The notes: a model not told the origin generated them from the letters alone. A stretch of DNA of 47,657 bases from an uncultured Actinomycetes bacterium (GCA_964394375.1 CAYMVX010000001.1:1-47657); one strand, 5' to 3'; shown: positions 18,195 through 27,157, counted from the stretch's first letter. A program made the numbers and translations.

Positions 18195-21100
18195 CTAAGC
18201 AAGTTTTAGATTAAACGTAAAACCCAGTTCGGTATCGCAAAGTAGGGAAGCATCATGCTTCATCTCAACAGCAAGAACTTCTCGAGCTATGTGTTCTAGA
18301 GATTCATTAACGGCAGGCGCCATCTCAGAATTGGCGTTCCAAGTAACAACAATTCGGTCAGAGATATCGAATCCGGCGTTCTTGCGTCCCTCTTGGAGCG
18401 CACGAATTACTTCGCGAACATTGCCCGCGTTGATTAACTCTTGAGTAAGGGTTAAATCAAGCGCTACAGACTCACCGTTATTGCTTGCTACTGACCAGCC
18501 ACTCTTAGGCTGCTCAGTAATTACAAGATCGTCAGCGGTAACTTCGTAATCGCCAAGTTTTGCGCTTCCTGTTGTACGAACTTCAGCGACAAATTTCGCG
18601 GCATCGGCAGCAGCAATTAATTTTGCTACATCTTGAACTGCTCCGCCGTACTTAGCTCCTAATGCACGGAAATTGGCTTTGATGCTTACGCTTACTAAAT
18701 CACCAGATGCGTTAGCAATATCTTCAAGATCAAGCACATTTAATTCATCAGCGATTTGATCACGCATATCACCAGGCAAGTTAGACCAACCATTTGCAGC
18801 AATTAACGCACGACCCAAAGGCTGACGAATCTTCACAGAAGATTCAGCACGAGCTGCGCGACCTAGCTCGACGATGCGACGGGTAAGTGAAACTTGGTCA
18901 CGGAGAGTTAAGTCTATTAGTGACTCATTTACTGCCGGCCATGAAGTTAGGTGAATAGATGCAGCAGCATCTGATTCAACAGGTTTGATTAGTTCTTGCC
19001 AAACATGTTCTGTAATAAACGGAACCATTGGTGACATCAATTGAGTAAGCGTCTTGATGCACTCATGGAGAGTTGCTAACGCGGCAGGATCTCCATCCCA
19101 GAATCGGCGTCGGCTTCTACGTACATACCAATTTGAAAGATCATCAATGAAGGTCGCAAGTAAACGACCAGCAGTTTGTGAATCAAAATCCGCATAAGCT
19201 GCATCAACATCTTTAACAAGTAATTGCAATTCGGAGAGAATCCATCGATCCATGATTGGACGGCCGATTTGTGCAGGTGATTGTGACAAATCAAATTTAG
19301 ATGCACGGGCATAAAGCGACATGAATGAAATGGTGTTCCAGTAAGTAAGAAGCGTCTTACGGATAACTTCTTGGATTGCATCGTGGCCAACGCGACGCGC
19401 TGCCCAAGGAGAGCCCGCAGCCAACATAAACCAACGCACAGCATCTGCGCCGTGCTGATCCATAAGAGCCATTGGTTCTAGGACATTTCCTAAGTGCTTT
19501 GACATTTTTCGGCCATCTTTATCAAGAATATGACCCAAGCAGAGCACTGTCTTGTATGAAGATTGATCAAACACTAAGGTGCCAATTGTCATCAATGTGT
19601 AGAACCAACCGCGTGTTTGATCAATTGCTTCGCAGATAAAGTCGGCAGGGTAGGAGTTCTTGAATTTTTCTTCAGAGCCTGGTTTATGTGGATAGCCCCA
19701 TTGCGCAAACGGCATCGCACCAGAGTCATACCAGCAGTCGATAACTTCAGGAACGCGAACCATTTCCTGCTTGCACTCTGCGCAAGGGAATTTAATGTCA
19801 TCAACAAATGGGCGGTGTGGATCAAGGTTTGAAAGTTCTTGTCCTGCTAATTCGCCGAGCTCTTTAAGAGAACCGATTGCGAATTCGTGTTTGTTTTCGC
19901 AGCGCCAAATTGGCAGTGGAGTACCCCAATAACGATTGCGCGAAAGCGCCCAATCGATATTGTTATTTAGCCAATCTCCATATCGACCGGTTTTGATGGT
20001 TTCTGGGTGCCAATCAGTCTTCTGGTTTTCGCGGATTAGCGCATCTTTAATTGATGTGGTTCGGACATACCAAGATGGTTGTGCGTAATAAATGAGCGCA
20101 GTGTGGCAGCGCCAGCAATGCGGATATTGGTGCTCATAAGGCTGATGCTTATAAAGCAAACCACGCTGTTTAAGATCTTTAACGATTGGCTTATCTGCTT
20201 CTTTAAAGAAGAGATCTCCGACCAATTCGATACCTGCTTCGAAATGTCCATCAGGGCGAACGGGGTTGATGGTTGGCAGGTTGTATGCACGGCAAGTCTT
20301 TAAGTCGTCAGCACCAAAAGCAGGAGCTTGATGTACTAGACCTGAACCATCTTCTGTAGTTACATAATCTGCAAGGACTACGAAATGTGAATCCGGAATA
20401 TCTATAACGTTAAATGGTTGGCTATAAGTAATTCGCTCCAGGTCTTTACCTTTATAGCGCTTAAGAATTTCAGTCTCGCCATCTACCTTTGAAAGTAGGG
20501 CTTCAGCTACAACTAGAACTTCAGATGTATCTTCTTTCGTGACTTTAACTGCCACATAATCAACGTCAGCATTTGCAGCAACCGCAGTATTTGAAATCAA
20601 AGTCCAAGGAGTTGTCGTCCAAACTAAGAAACTTGCATTCAAATCTTTTAATTCGCCACTGGTTGCAGGGAATCGAACATAAACTGATGGATCAGTAACA
20701 GTTTCATACCCTTGTGATAATTCGTGATCTGAAAGTCCAGTTCCACAACGAGGGCAATAAGGAGCAACTCGGTGATCTTGTACTAGAAGGCCTTTCTTCC
20801 AGATCTCCTTAAGTGACCACCAAACTGATTCCACATATTCCGGCGACATGGTCCAATATGCTTCATCGAAATCAACCCAGAAACCCATGCGGTTAGTCAT
20901 GGTTGTAAATGCATCTACGTGGCGCTGAACTGATTCTTTGCACTTGGCATTGAATTCCGCGATACCGAATTTTTCGATATCGCCTTTGCCGGAGAATCCA
21001 AGTTCTTTCTCAACTGCAATCTCAACTGGAAGGCCGTGACAATCCCATCCAGCCTTACGAACAACCTGATGGCCTTTCATTGTTTGATAGCGCGGGAATA

Positions 21101-21305
21101 CATCTTTAAATACACGAGCTTCAATGTGGTGAGTACCAGGCATGCCATTTGCAGTTGGCGGACCTTCAAAGAATGTCCAAGAAGATTGACCTTCGTGCGC
21201 CTTTACGCTCTGATGAAAGATCGCATTGCTCTCCCAGAAGGAGAGGACCTCGTGCTCCATCTTTGGGAGGTCAATCGAGGCCGGAATTGCGCGGTAGCCG
21301 GTCAT
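18195..21305 (-). CDS. ileS: Isoleucine--tRNA ligase, type 2 (eukaryote-like, about 1040 aa)
   Basis: 1036 aa. PPTANGMPGTHHIEARVFKD (a HIGH-region variant) and the KMSK loop GRKMSKHLGN. Length and N-terminus match the actinobacterial IleRS2 type. Confidence 0.96.
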   Translation of the reverse strand: MTGYRAIPASIDLPKMEHEVLSFWESNAIFHQSVKAHEGQSSWTFFEGPPTANGMPGTHHIEARVFKDVFPRYQTMKGHQVVRKAGWDCHGLPVEIAVEKELGFSGKGDIEKFGIAEFNAKCKESVQRHVDAFTTMTNRMGFWVDFDEAYWTMSPEYVESVWWSLKEIWKKGLLVQDHRVAPYCPRCGTGLSDHELSQGYETVTDPSVYVRFPATSGELKDLNASFLVWTTTPWTLISNTAVAANADVDYVAVKVTKEDTSEVLVVAEALLSKVDGETEILKRYKGKDLERITYSQPFNVIDIPDSHFVVLADYVTTEDGSGLVHQAPAFGADDLKTCRAYNLPTINPVRPDGHFEAGIELVGDLFFKEADKPIVKDLKQRGLLYKHQPYEHQYPHCWRCHTALIYYAQPSWYVRTTSIKDALIRENQKTDWHPETIKTGRYGDWLNNNIDWALSRNRYWGTPLPIWRCENKHEFAIGSLKELGELAGQELSNLDPHRPFVDDIKFPCAECKQEMVRVPEVIDCWYDSGAMPFAQWGYPHKPGSEEKFKNSYPADFICEAIDQTRGWFYTLMTIGTLVFDQSSYKTVLCLGHILDKDGRKMSKHLGNVLEPMALMDQHGADAVRWFMLAAGSPWAARRVGHDAIQEVIRKTLLTYWNTISFMSLYARASKFDLSQSPAQIGRPIMDRWILSELQLLVKDVDAAYADFDSQTAGRLLATFIDDLSNWYVRRSRRRFWDGDPAALATLHECIKTLTQLMSPMVPFITEHVWQELIKPVESDAAASIHLTSWPAVNESLIDLTLRDQVSLTRRIVELGRAARAESSVKIRQPLGRALIAANGWSNLPGDMRDQIADELNVLDLEDIANASGDLVSVSIKANFRALGAKYGGAVQDVAKLIAAADAAKFVAEVRTTGSAKLGDYEVTADDLVITEQPKSGWSVASNNGESVALDLTLTQELINAGNVREVIRALQEGRKNAGFDISDRIVVTWNANSEMAPAVNESLEHIAREVLAVEMKHDASLLCDTELGFTFNLKLA

Positions 21306-21311
21306 TTGGGA

Positions 21312-21317
21312 ATTCTA
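21312..21317 (-). promoter_or_regulatory. Candidate -10 hexamer TAGAAT for a leaderless ileS transcript
   Basis: On the - strand the sequence reads TAGAAT-TCCCAA-ATG. That is a TANNNT hexamer exactly 6 nt before the start codon, with no Shine-Dalgarno. Confidence 0.4.
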
Positions 21318-21382
21318 AAGCAGTCATTAGAAGCGCGCCTAATTGGCTTAGTGACCTTGATTAAATTAAAGTTTCGCCCCTC

Positions 21383-22234
21383 ATGGCTCTTAAAAAATTA
21401 GCGAAAAAGTTGGCTGGGAAAGCCTCAAAGAAGGCTCCTGCAAAGCCGGTTAAGAAAGCAGCACCTGCAAAGAAAGCAGCTCCTGCTAAACCAGCAAAGC
21501 CAGCAAAGAAGGCAGCACCAGCAAAGAAGGCAGCACCAGCAAAGAAGGCAGCTGCGGCAAAGCCTGCTAAGAAAGCAGCTCCTGCAAAACCAGTTAAGAA
21601 AGCCGCAGCACCAGTAAAGAAAGCGGCAGCTAAGAAGCCAGATGATTCAATTAAGACTTCAGCGATTGCTGGATCAAAAGCAACGTTAAAGGTTGATACC
21701 AAGAACAACACGGTTCAAGTTGCAATGGCCTCAACTGCAATTGCGGAAGCAGTTGTTGAAGAAAAACGTTTAATGATGCCACCTCCACCTCCACCAAAGA
21801 AGAGTGGCAAGCAGACACATCTAAAACCACTTAAGGCAGCACCAGCTGCCCTTGTAGTGAGCGATGCTGAAACTTGGAGCGCTGCAGAACTTAAAGCGAT
21901 GCGTGGAAATCTTTCAAAAGAACTTGAACGTTTACGTGCTGACCTTGCAAAAGTTGAATCTGAAATGGATTCATTAATTAAAGATGGCGGCGAAGGTGCT
22001 GGTGATGATCAAGCAGACGCTGGCAACAAGACTTTCGAACGCGAACATGAAATGTCACTTCTCATCAACGCGCGCGACATGGTCATTCAGACCGAACGCG
22101 CTATTGATCGCATCGACAACAAGAGTTATGGCGTTTGTGAAGTTTGCGGAAATCAAATTGGCAAAGCACGTCTAGAAGTTTTCCCACGCGCAACTCTCTG
22201 CATGTCTTGCAAGCAGAAGGAAGAGCGTCGTTAA
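21383..22234 (+). CDS. Fusion of an N-terminal Lys/Ala/Pro-rich histone-H1-like tail with a C-terminal DksA/TraR C4 zinc-finger domain (DdbA-like)
   Basis: 283 aa. Residues 1 to about 85 are (P)AKKAA repeats. A PPPPPP linker and a coiled coil follow. The C-terminus is YGVCEVCGNQIGKARLEVFPRATLCMSCKQ, i.e. CxxC-N17-CxxC of the DksA/TraR family. Confidence 0.85.
   Translation: MALKKLAKKLAGKASKKAPAKPVKKAAPAKKAAPAKPAKPAKKAAPAKKAAPAKKAAAAKPAKKAAPAKPVKKAAAPVKKAAAKKPDDSIKTSAIAGSKATLKVDTKNNTVQVAMASTAIAEAVVEEKRLMMPPPPPPKKSGKQTHLKPLKAAPAALVVSDAETWSAAELKAMRGNLSKELERLRADLAKVESEMDSLIKDGGEGAGDDQADAGNKTFEREHEMSLLINARDMVIQTERAIDRIDNKSYGVCEVCGNQIGKARLEVFPRATLCMSCKQKEERR
21500..21553 (+). repeat. Three tandem copies of an 18-nt unit CCAGCAAAGAAGGCAGCA (encoding PAKKAA) inside the H1-like tail
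   Basis: Units at 21500-21517, 21518-21535 and 21536-21553. The last base differs in the third copy. More diverged copies flank them. Confidence 0.9.
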
Positions 22235-22415
22235 TCCTGCAAAATACTTAAAGCTCATCTATTCAGTTGCAGCTTTAATTTGGCTACTTGATTATCTAAC
22301 CAAGCAATGGGCGCTTTCTTTTCTTCCAGGAAAAGAAATTTCATTTCTATTTCTGAAGCTTGAATTAACTTCAAACTCTGGCGCAGCTTTCGGTTTAGGC
22401 GCAAACGGGGCAGGA

Positions 22416-22715
22416 GTGCTACTCGGGGCATTTGCCATCGCAGCTTCCGCGGTGGCTTTTTATTATTCACCTAGAATTAGCAATAAATACTGGGCGATTT
22501 TGCTCGGGCTGGTTCTTGGCGGCGCTTTAGGGAACCTAACGGATCGAGCATTTAATTCACCTGGCTTCCTTAGGGGCAGCGTTACAGATTGGATTGTTCT
22601 TCCGCATTGGCCGAATTTCAATCTCGCAGATACCGCAATCGTAACTGCGGCTATTCTTGCCTTTGTGCTCACCTTAAAGAACATTCCACCTACTGAGGTG
22701 AATAAGAGTGCGTGA
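22416..22715 (+). CDS. lspA: Lipoprotein signal peptidase II. Coordinates give only the part downstream of the first canonical start; homology continues upstream in frame to at least 22236.
   Basis: The 99-aa ORF from the GTG carries both catalytic-Asp boxes (GGALGNLTDRAF and NFNLADTAI). The same frame upstream encodes KYLKLIYSVAALIWLLDYLTKQWA...TSNSGAAFGLG, which are the LspA TM1 and NxGAAFG boxes. There is no ATG/GTG/TTG after the in-frame TAG at 22173. Confidence 0.85.
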   Translation: MLLGAFAIAASAVAFYYSPRISNKYWAILLGLVLGGALGNLTDRAFNSPGFLRGSVTDWIVLPHWPNFNLADTAIVTAAILAFVLTLKNIPPTEVNKSA

Positions 22716-23643
22716 GAGTAAATCAGTTGAAATTCCTGAAGGTCTAGACAACGAAAGAATAGATAGTGCGCTTGCGCGAATTCTGGGGTTATCAAGAAGC
22801 GTCATAGTTAAATTACTAGATTCAGATGAAGTGACTTTAGGTCATAGGGTTTTATCTAAATCAGATAAAGTTCAAAGTGGACAAACTATTACAGTGCTTA
22901 TGCCTGAGCCTCCAAGCGGAATTGCAATTCCACCAACACCGCTAGATGAATTGAAAATTGTTTATCAAGACACAGATTTAGTAATTGTAAATAAACCAGT
23001 CGGTTGCGCTGCACATCCAAGTCCTGGCTGGACTGGACCAACTGTTGTTGGTGCGTTGGTCGCGGCCGGAATTCCGCTTTCTCCAAGTGGGCCTGCAGAA
23101 CGTCAAGGAATTGTGCAAAGACTTGACGTTGGCACTAGTGGTTTGATGATGGTTGCCAAAACAGAAGCTGCCTATTTGAAATTAAAAGATATGTTTCGCA
23201 ATCGCGAGGTAAAAAAGATTTATCATGCGCTTGCACAAGGGCATTTAGAACCAGCTATTGGAACCATTGATGCGCCAATTGATCGCCATCCAAAAGAGGA
23301 TTACAAGATGGCGGTTATCTCTGAAGGCAAGCCAAGCATTACTCACTACGAAGTTATCGAGTACTACCGCTCAGTTTCACTACTAAAGGTTGAATTGGAA
23401 ACTGGTCGCACGCATCAGATTCGTGTACATATGTCGGCTATTCGACATCCTTTGGTCGGAGATATGACCTACGGCGCCGACCCAAACTTGGCTGAGGAAA
23501 TTGGCGTAAAACGCCCATGGCTTCACGCTCAAGCTCTCGAATTTACCCACCCGATCTCAGGGCTGCCAATAAGCGTGAACGCCCCCTATCCAGGTGATTT
23601 AACTGACTCGCTATCGCGCCTAAGCGATGCGGTCTTGCCGTAA
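22708..23643 (+). CDS. rluD: RluA-family 23S rRNA pseudouridine synthase (RluD-like)
   Basis: 311 aa with a GTG start. N-terminal S4-like domain (RIDSALARILGLSRS) and catalytic motif VQRLDVGTSGLMMVAK. Canonical position after lspA. Confidence 0.92.
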   Translation: MRESKSVEIPEGLDNERIDSALARILGLSRSVIVKLLDSDEVTLGHRVLSKSDKVQSGQTITVLMPEPPSGIAIPPTPLDELKIVYQDTDLVIVNKPVGCAAHPSPGWTGPTVVGALVAAGIPLSPSGPAERQGIVQRLDVGTSGLMMVAKTEAAYLKLKDMFRNREVKKIYHALAQGHLEPAIGTIDAPIDRHPKEDYKMAVISEGKPSITHYEVIEYYRSVSLLKVELETGRTHQIRVHMSAIRHPLVGDMTYGADPNLAEEIGVKRPWLHAQALEFTHPISGLPISVNAPYPGDLTDSLSRLSDAVLP

Positions 23644-23659
23644 GACTAATCTGCCGCCC

Positions 23660-26600
23660 GTGAACACTAATTCTTTTGCGCACCTGCATGTTCACACTGA
23701 ATATTCAATGTTGGATGGTGCGGCCCGTGTTGGCGACTTAGTCAAAGAGGTCGCGGCACAAGGTATGCCTGCCATCGCGATGACGGATCATGGCAATCTC
23801 TTTGGCGCATTCGATTTTTATAAGCAAGCCAAAAAAGCTGGCGTTAAGCCAATCATTGGCCTTGAAGCATACCTTGCACCTGAAACTCGTTTTGATAAAC
23901 GTCGCGTGCAATGGGCAGAAGGTGGCGAAGATGATGTCTCGGGCGGCGGCGCATACACGCACATGACCTTGTTGGCGGAAACTCAAGAAGGTCTCGGCAA
24001 TTTATTTCGCCTTGCTTCGCTCTCTTCGCTCGAAGGTTTCTATTACAAACCGCGTATCGACCGCGAACTCTTAAATAAGTATGCAAAAGGAATTATCGGA
24101 ACAACTGGATGCGTTGGCGGAGAAGTAGCAACCCGTCTACGTATGGGCAATTACAAAGAAGCAGTTAAGGCAGCTGCGGAATTCCGCGACATATTTGGCA
24201 AAGATAATTTCTTCGTCGAAATCATGGATCACAACATAGATATCGAAAATCGCGTAATAGCCGATCTGATTAAGATTTCTAGAGAGTTAAACATTCCGCT
24301 TCTGGCAACCAACGATCTTCATTACACATACAAGGAAGACTCAACTTCGCATGAAGTATTACTCTGCGTGCAATCCGGTTCAACATTGGCTGACCCAAAG
24401 CGCTTTAAATTTGACGGTGATCAGTTCTATTTAAAGAGCGCGGCAGAGATGCGGGAGCTATTCAAAGATCATCCAGAAGCATGCGACAACACTTTACTAA
24501 TTGCAGAACGTGTAGATGTAAAGCTTCGCGAAGGCGAAAACTTAATGCCGCAATTCCCAGTGCCAGCTGGCGAGACCGAAGATTCTTGGTTAGTTAAAGA
24601 ATCTGAAGCGGGCTTGGCAAGAATCTTTAATGGCAAAGTTCCCGATGAATATAAAGAGCGCTTGCGTTTCGAGCTCGATGTTATGAAGTCAATGGGATTT
24701 CCTGGTTACTTCCTTGTCGTCGCCGACTTGGTAGGACATGCAAAGCGCACTGGAATTCGCGTTGGTCCAGGTCGAGGCTCTGCAGCTGGATCGCTGGTTG
24801 CATATGCACTTGGCATTACTGGACTCGATCCTATCGAACACGGATTACTTTTTGAGCGCTTCTTAAATCCAGAGCGTATTTCGATGCCTGATATCGATCT
24901 TGATTTCGACGAACGTAGACGAAGCGAGATGATTAAGTACGCGACCGAAAAATATGGCGAAGATCGAGTTGCACAGATCATTACCTACGGAACCATTAAA
25001 TCTAAGCAGTCAATCAAAGATTCAACTCGCGTTCTTGGTTACCCATATGCAGTTGGAGAGAAGTTAACTAAAGCGCTTCCTCCTGCAATCATGGGCAAAG
25101 ATATTTCACTTGCAGGTGTGTTCGATCCAAAGGATCCACGACATAGCGAAGCTTCAGAATTTCGTTCACTATATGAGTCAGATCCAGATTCAAAGCGCGT
25201 TGTAGATACCGCAAGAGGTCTTGAAGGTCTAAAACGTCAATGGGGAGTGCATGCAGCTGGAGTTATTCTTTCGCGCGAGCCACTTCTTGATGTAATTCCT
25301 ATTCATCGTCGCGAAAATGACGGCGCGATCATTACGCAATTTGATATGGGCGCTTGCGAATCAACGGGTCTTCTTAAAATGGATTTCCTCGGTTTACGTA
25401 ACCTCTCAGTGCTGGATGACGCGTTAATCAATATCAAAGCCAACAAAGGCGAAGATGTAGTTCTTGAACAGCTAACTCTTGATGATAAGAAAACTTATGA
25501 GCTGCTATCCCGTGGTGAAACACTTGGCGTATTTCAGCTCGATGGTGGGCCAATGCGTTCACTTCTTAAATCAATGGCGCCAGATCACTTTGGTGATATT
25601 TCGGCGGTTATTGCTTTGTACCGCCCAGGTCCTATGGGTGAAAACGCACATAACAACTATGCAGATCGCAAGAACAAACGTAAACCAGTTGAACCTATTC
25701 ATCCTGATTTAGCCGAACCCCTTGCGGATATTTTGGATGACACATTTGGTCTGATTGTTTATCAAGAGCAAGTTATGGCAATCGCGCAGAAAGTTGCGGG
25801 CTTCTCACTTGGTCGCGCAGATTTATTGCGTAAAGCTATGGGTAAGAAGAATAAAGAGATTCTGGATAAGGAGTACATCCCGTTCTCTGAAGGCATGAAG
25901 GCAAATGGTTTTAAGGATGCAGCCATTGATCGTCTCTGGGAAACATTGATTCCATTCTCTGACTACGCTTTCAATCGCGCTCACTCTGCTGGGTATGGTC
26001 TTGTTTCTTATTGGACTGCTTACTTGAAAGCTAATTACCCGACTGAATACATGGCAGCACTTTTAACTTCTGTTCGTGACGATAAAGATAAGTCTGCTCT
26101 TTACCTATCAGAATGCCGTCGCATGGGCATCAAAGTGTTGCCACCTGATGTAAATGAATCAAATGTCGAATACACACCTAGAGGCGAAGCTATTCGTTTC
26201 GGACTTGCTGCCATTAGAAACGTAGGCGAAGGTGTTGTTAATTTAATTAAGAAAGCCCGCGAAGAGAAAGGCAGATTCGAATCTTTTGGTGATTTCTTAG
26301 CCAAAGTTGATGGCTCGGTGTGCAATAAGAAAACCATTGAATCGCTAATTAAGGGCGGGGCATTTGATTCGCTTAACCATAGCCGTAAAGGGCTTATGGC
26401 AATTCACCTAATGGCAATCGATTCAGTTTCTGAATCTAAGCGCGCTGAAGCAATTGGCCAATTTGATTTGTTTGGCAGCTCCACCGAATCCGGAGTGGTT
26501 GCAGTTGATATTGATGTCCCTACCGAAGAATGGGATAAATCAACGCTTCTTAATTATGAACGCGAGATGTTGGGACTTTACGTTTCAGACCATCCATTAC

Positions 26601-27157
26601 TTGGCGTAGAAGGTCTACTTCGTTCTAACTCTGATATTTCAATTTCAGAATTGGCTGATGAAGAAAATGGCACCGATCGCATAGTTACGGTTGCGGGGCT
26701 AATTACTGGAGTGCAACGAAAAGTTTCTCGCCAGGGCGCATCATGGGCCATCGTGACCATCGAAGATCTAGAAGGTTCACTTGATGCAATGTTCTTCTCC
26801 AATACCTACAACCAATACGGAATGGGTTTAGTCGAAGATAGAGTCGTTAAGGTGCGTGGTCGTGTCGATTGGCGCGATGATCAACTTCGATTTACTGCGA
26901 TGGAAATGACCGCGATTGATTTATCCAGTGGTCCTGTTGGCCCGTTCACCATCAGTGCAAATTCAAATCAATTAACTCAGCAGGTAATTGAGAGGATTAA
27001 AGAGACTTTACGTATGCACCCAGGTAAACGCGAGGTGCAGCTGGCGGTAACAGACCAAGGTAAGACGACTACTCATAAATTGAGTTTCCAGGTGACTTCA
27101 TCGCCATCTCTTAGCGCAGATTTAAAGGCGATACTTGGAGCAGACTGCGTAAAGTAG
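23660..27157 (+). CDS. dnaE: DNA polymerase III alpha subunit (DnaE1)
   Basis: The PHP domain start FAHLHVHTEYSMLDGA lies right after the GTG at 23660. The track ORF begins at 23627 but overlaps rluD. About 1165 aa, full-length with OB-fold C-terminus. Confidence 0.96.
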   Translation: MNTNSFAHLHVHTEYSMLDGAARVGDLVKEVAAQGMPAIAMTDHGNLFGAFDFYKQAKKAGVKPIIGLEAYLAPETRFDKRRVQWAEGGEDDVSGGGAYTHMTLLAETQEGLGNLFRLASLSSLEGFYYKPRIDRELLNKYAKGIIGTTGCVGGEVATRLRMGNYKEAVKAAAEFRDIFGKDNFFVEIMDHNIDIENRVIADLIKISRELNIPLLATNDLHYTYKEDSTSHEVLLCVQSGSTLADPKRFKFDGDQFYLKSAAEMRELFKDHPEACDNTLLIAERVDVKLREGENLMPQFPVPAGETEDSWLVKESEAGLARIFNGKVPDEYKERLRFELDVMKSMGFPGYFLVVADLVGHAKRTGIRVGPGRGSAAGSLVAYALGITGLDPIEHGLLFERFLNPERISMPDIDLDFDERRRSEMIKYATEKYGEDRVAQIITYGTIKSKQSIKDSTRVLGYPYAVGEKLTKALPPAIMGKDISLAGVFDPKDPRHSEASEFRSLYESDPDSKRVVDTARGLEGLKRQWGVHAAGVILSREPLLDVIPIHRRENDGAIITQFDMGACESTGLLKMDFLGLRNLSVLDDALINIKANKGEDVVLEQLTLDDKKTYELLSRGETLGVFQLDGGPMRSLLKSMAPDHFGDISAVIALYRPGPMGENAHNNYADRKNKRKPVEPIHPDLAEPLADILDDTFGLIVYQEQVMAIAQKVAGFSLGRADLLRKAMGKKNKEILDKEYIPFSEGMKANGFKDAAIDRLWETLIPFSDYAFNRAHSAGYGLVSYWTAYLKANYPTEYMAALLTSVRDDKDKSALYLSECRRMGIKVLPPDVNESNVEYTPRGEAIRFGLAAIRNVGEGVVNLIKKAREEKGRFESFGDFLAKVDGSVCNKKTIESLIKGGAFDSLNHSRKGLMAIHLMAIDSVSESKRAEAIGQFDLFGSSTESGVVAVDIDVPTEEWDKSTLLNYEREMLGLYVSDHPLLGVEGLLRSNSDISISELADEENGTDRIVTVAGLITGVQRKVSRQGASWAIVTIEDLEGSLDAMFFSNTYNQYGMGLVEDRVVKVRGRVDWRDDQLRFTAMEMTAIDLSSGPVGPFTISANSNQLTQQVIERIKETLRMHPGKREVQLAVTDQGKTTTHKLSFQVTSSPSLSADLKAILGADCVK

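Noticed and set aside
21361-21711. 116-aa ORF on the - strand with AAFFAG repeats, opposite the start of the DksA-like gene.
   Set aside because: It is the antisense reading of the GCn/AAG-rich AKKA repeat. It has no start context, and the + strand frame carries a recognisable C-terminal DksA domain. This is a shadow ORF.
22211-22260. Possible +1 frameshift or stop-codon bypass that would fuse the DksA-like protein to LspA.
   Set aside because: There is no slippery or prfB-like shift site at CGT-CGT-TAA. A nucleoid/RNAP-binding protein fused to a polytopic membrane peptidase is also biologically implausible. I keep the anomaly as a missing-start problem instead.
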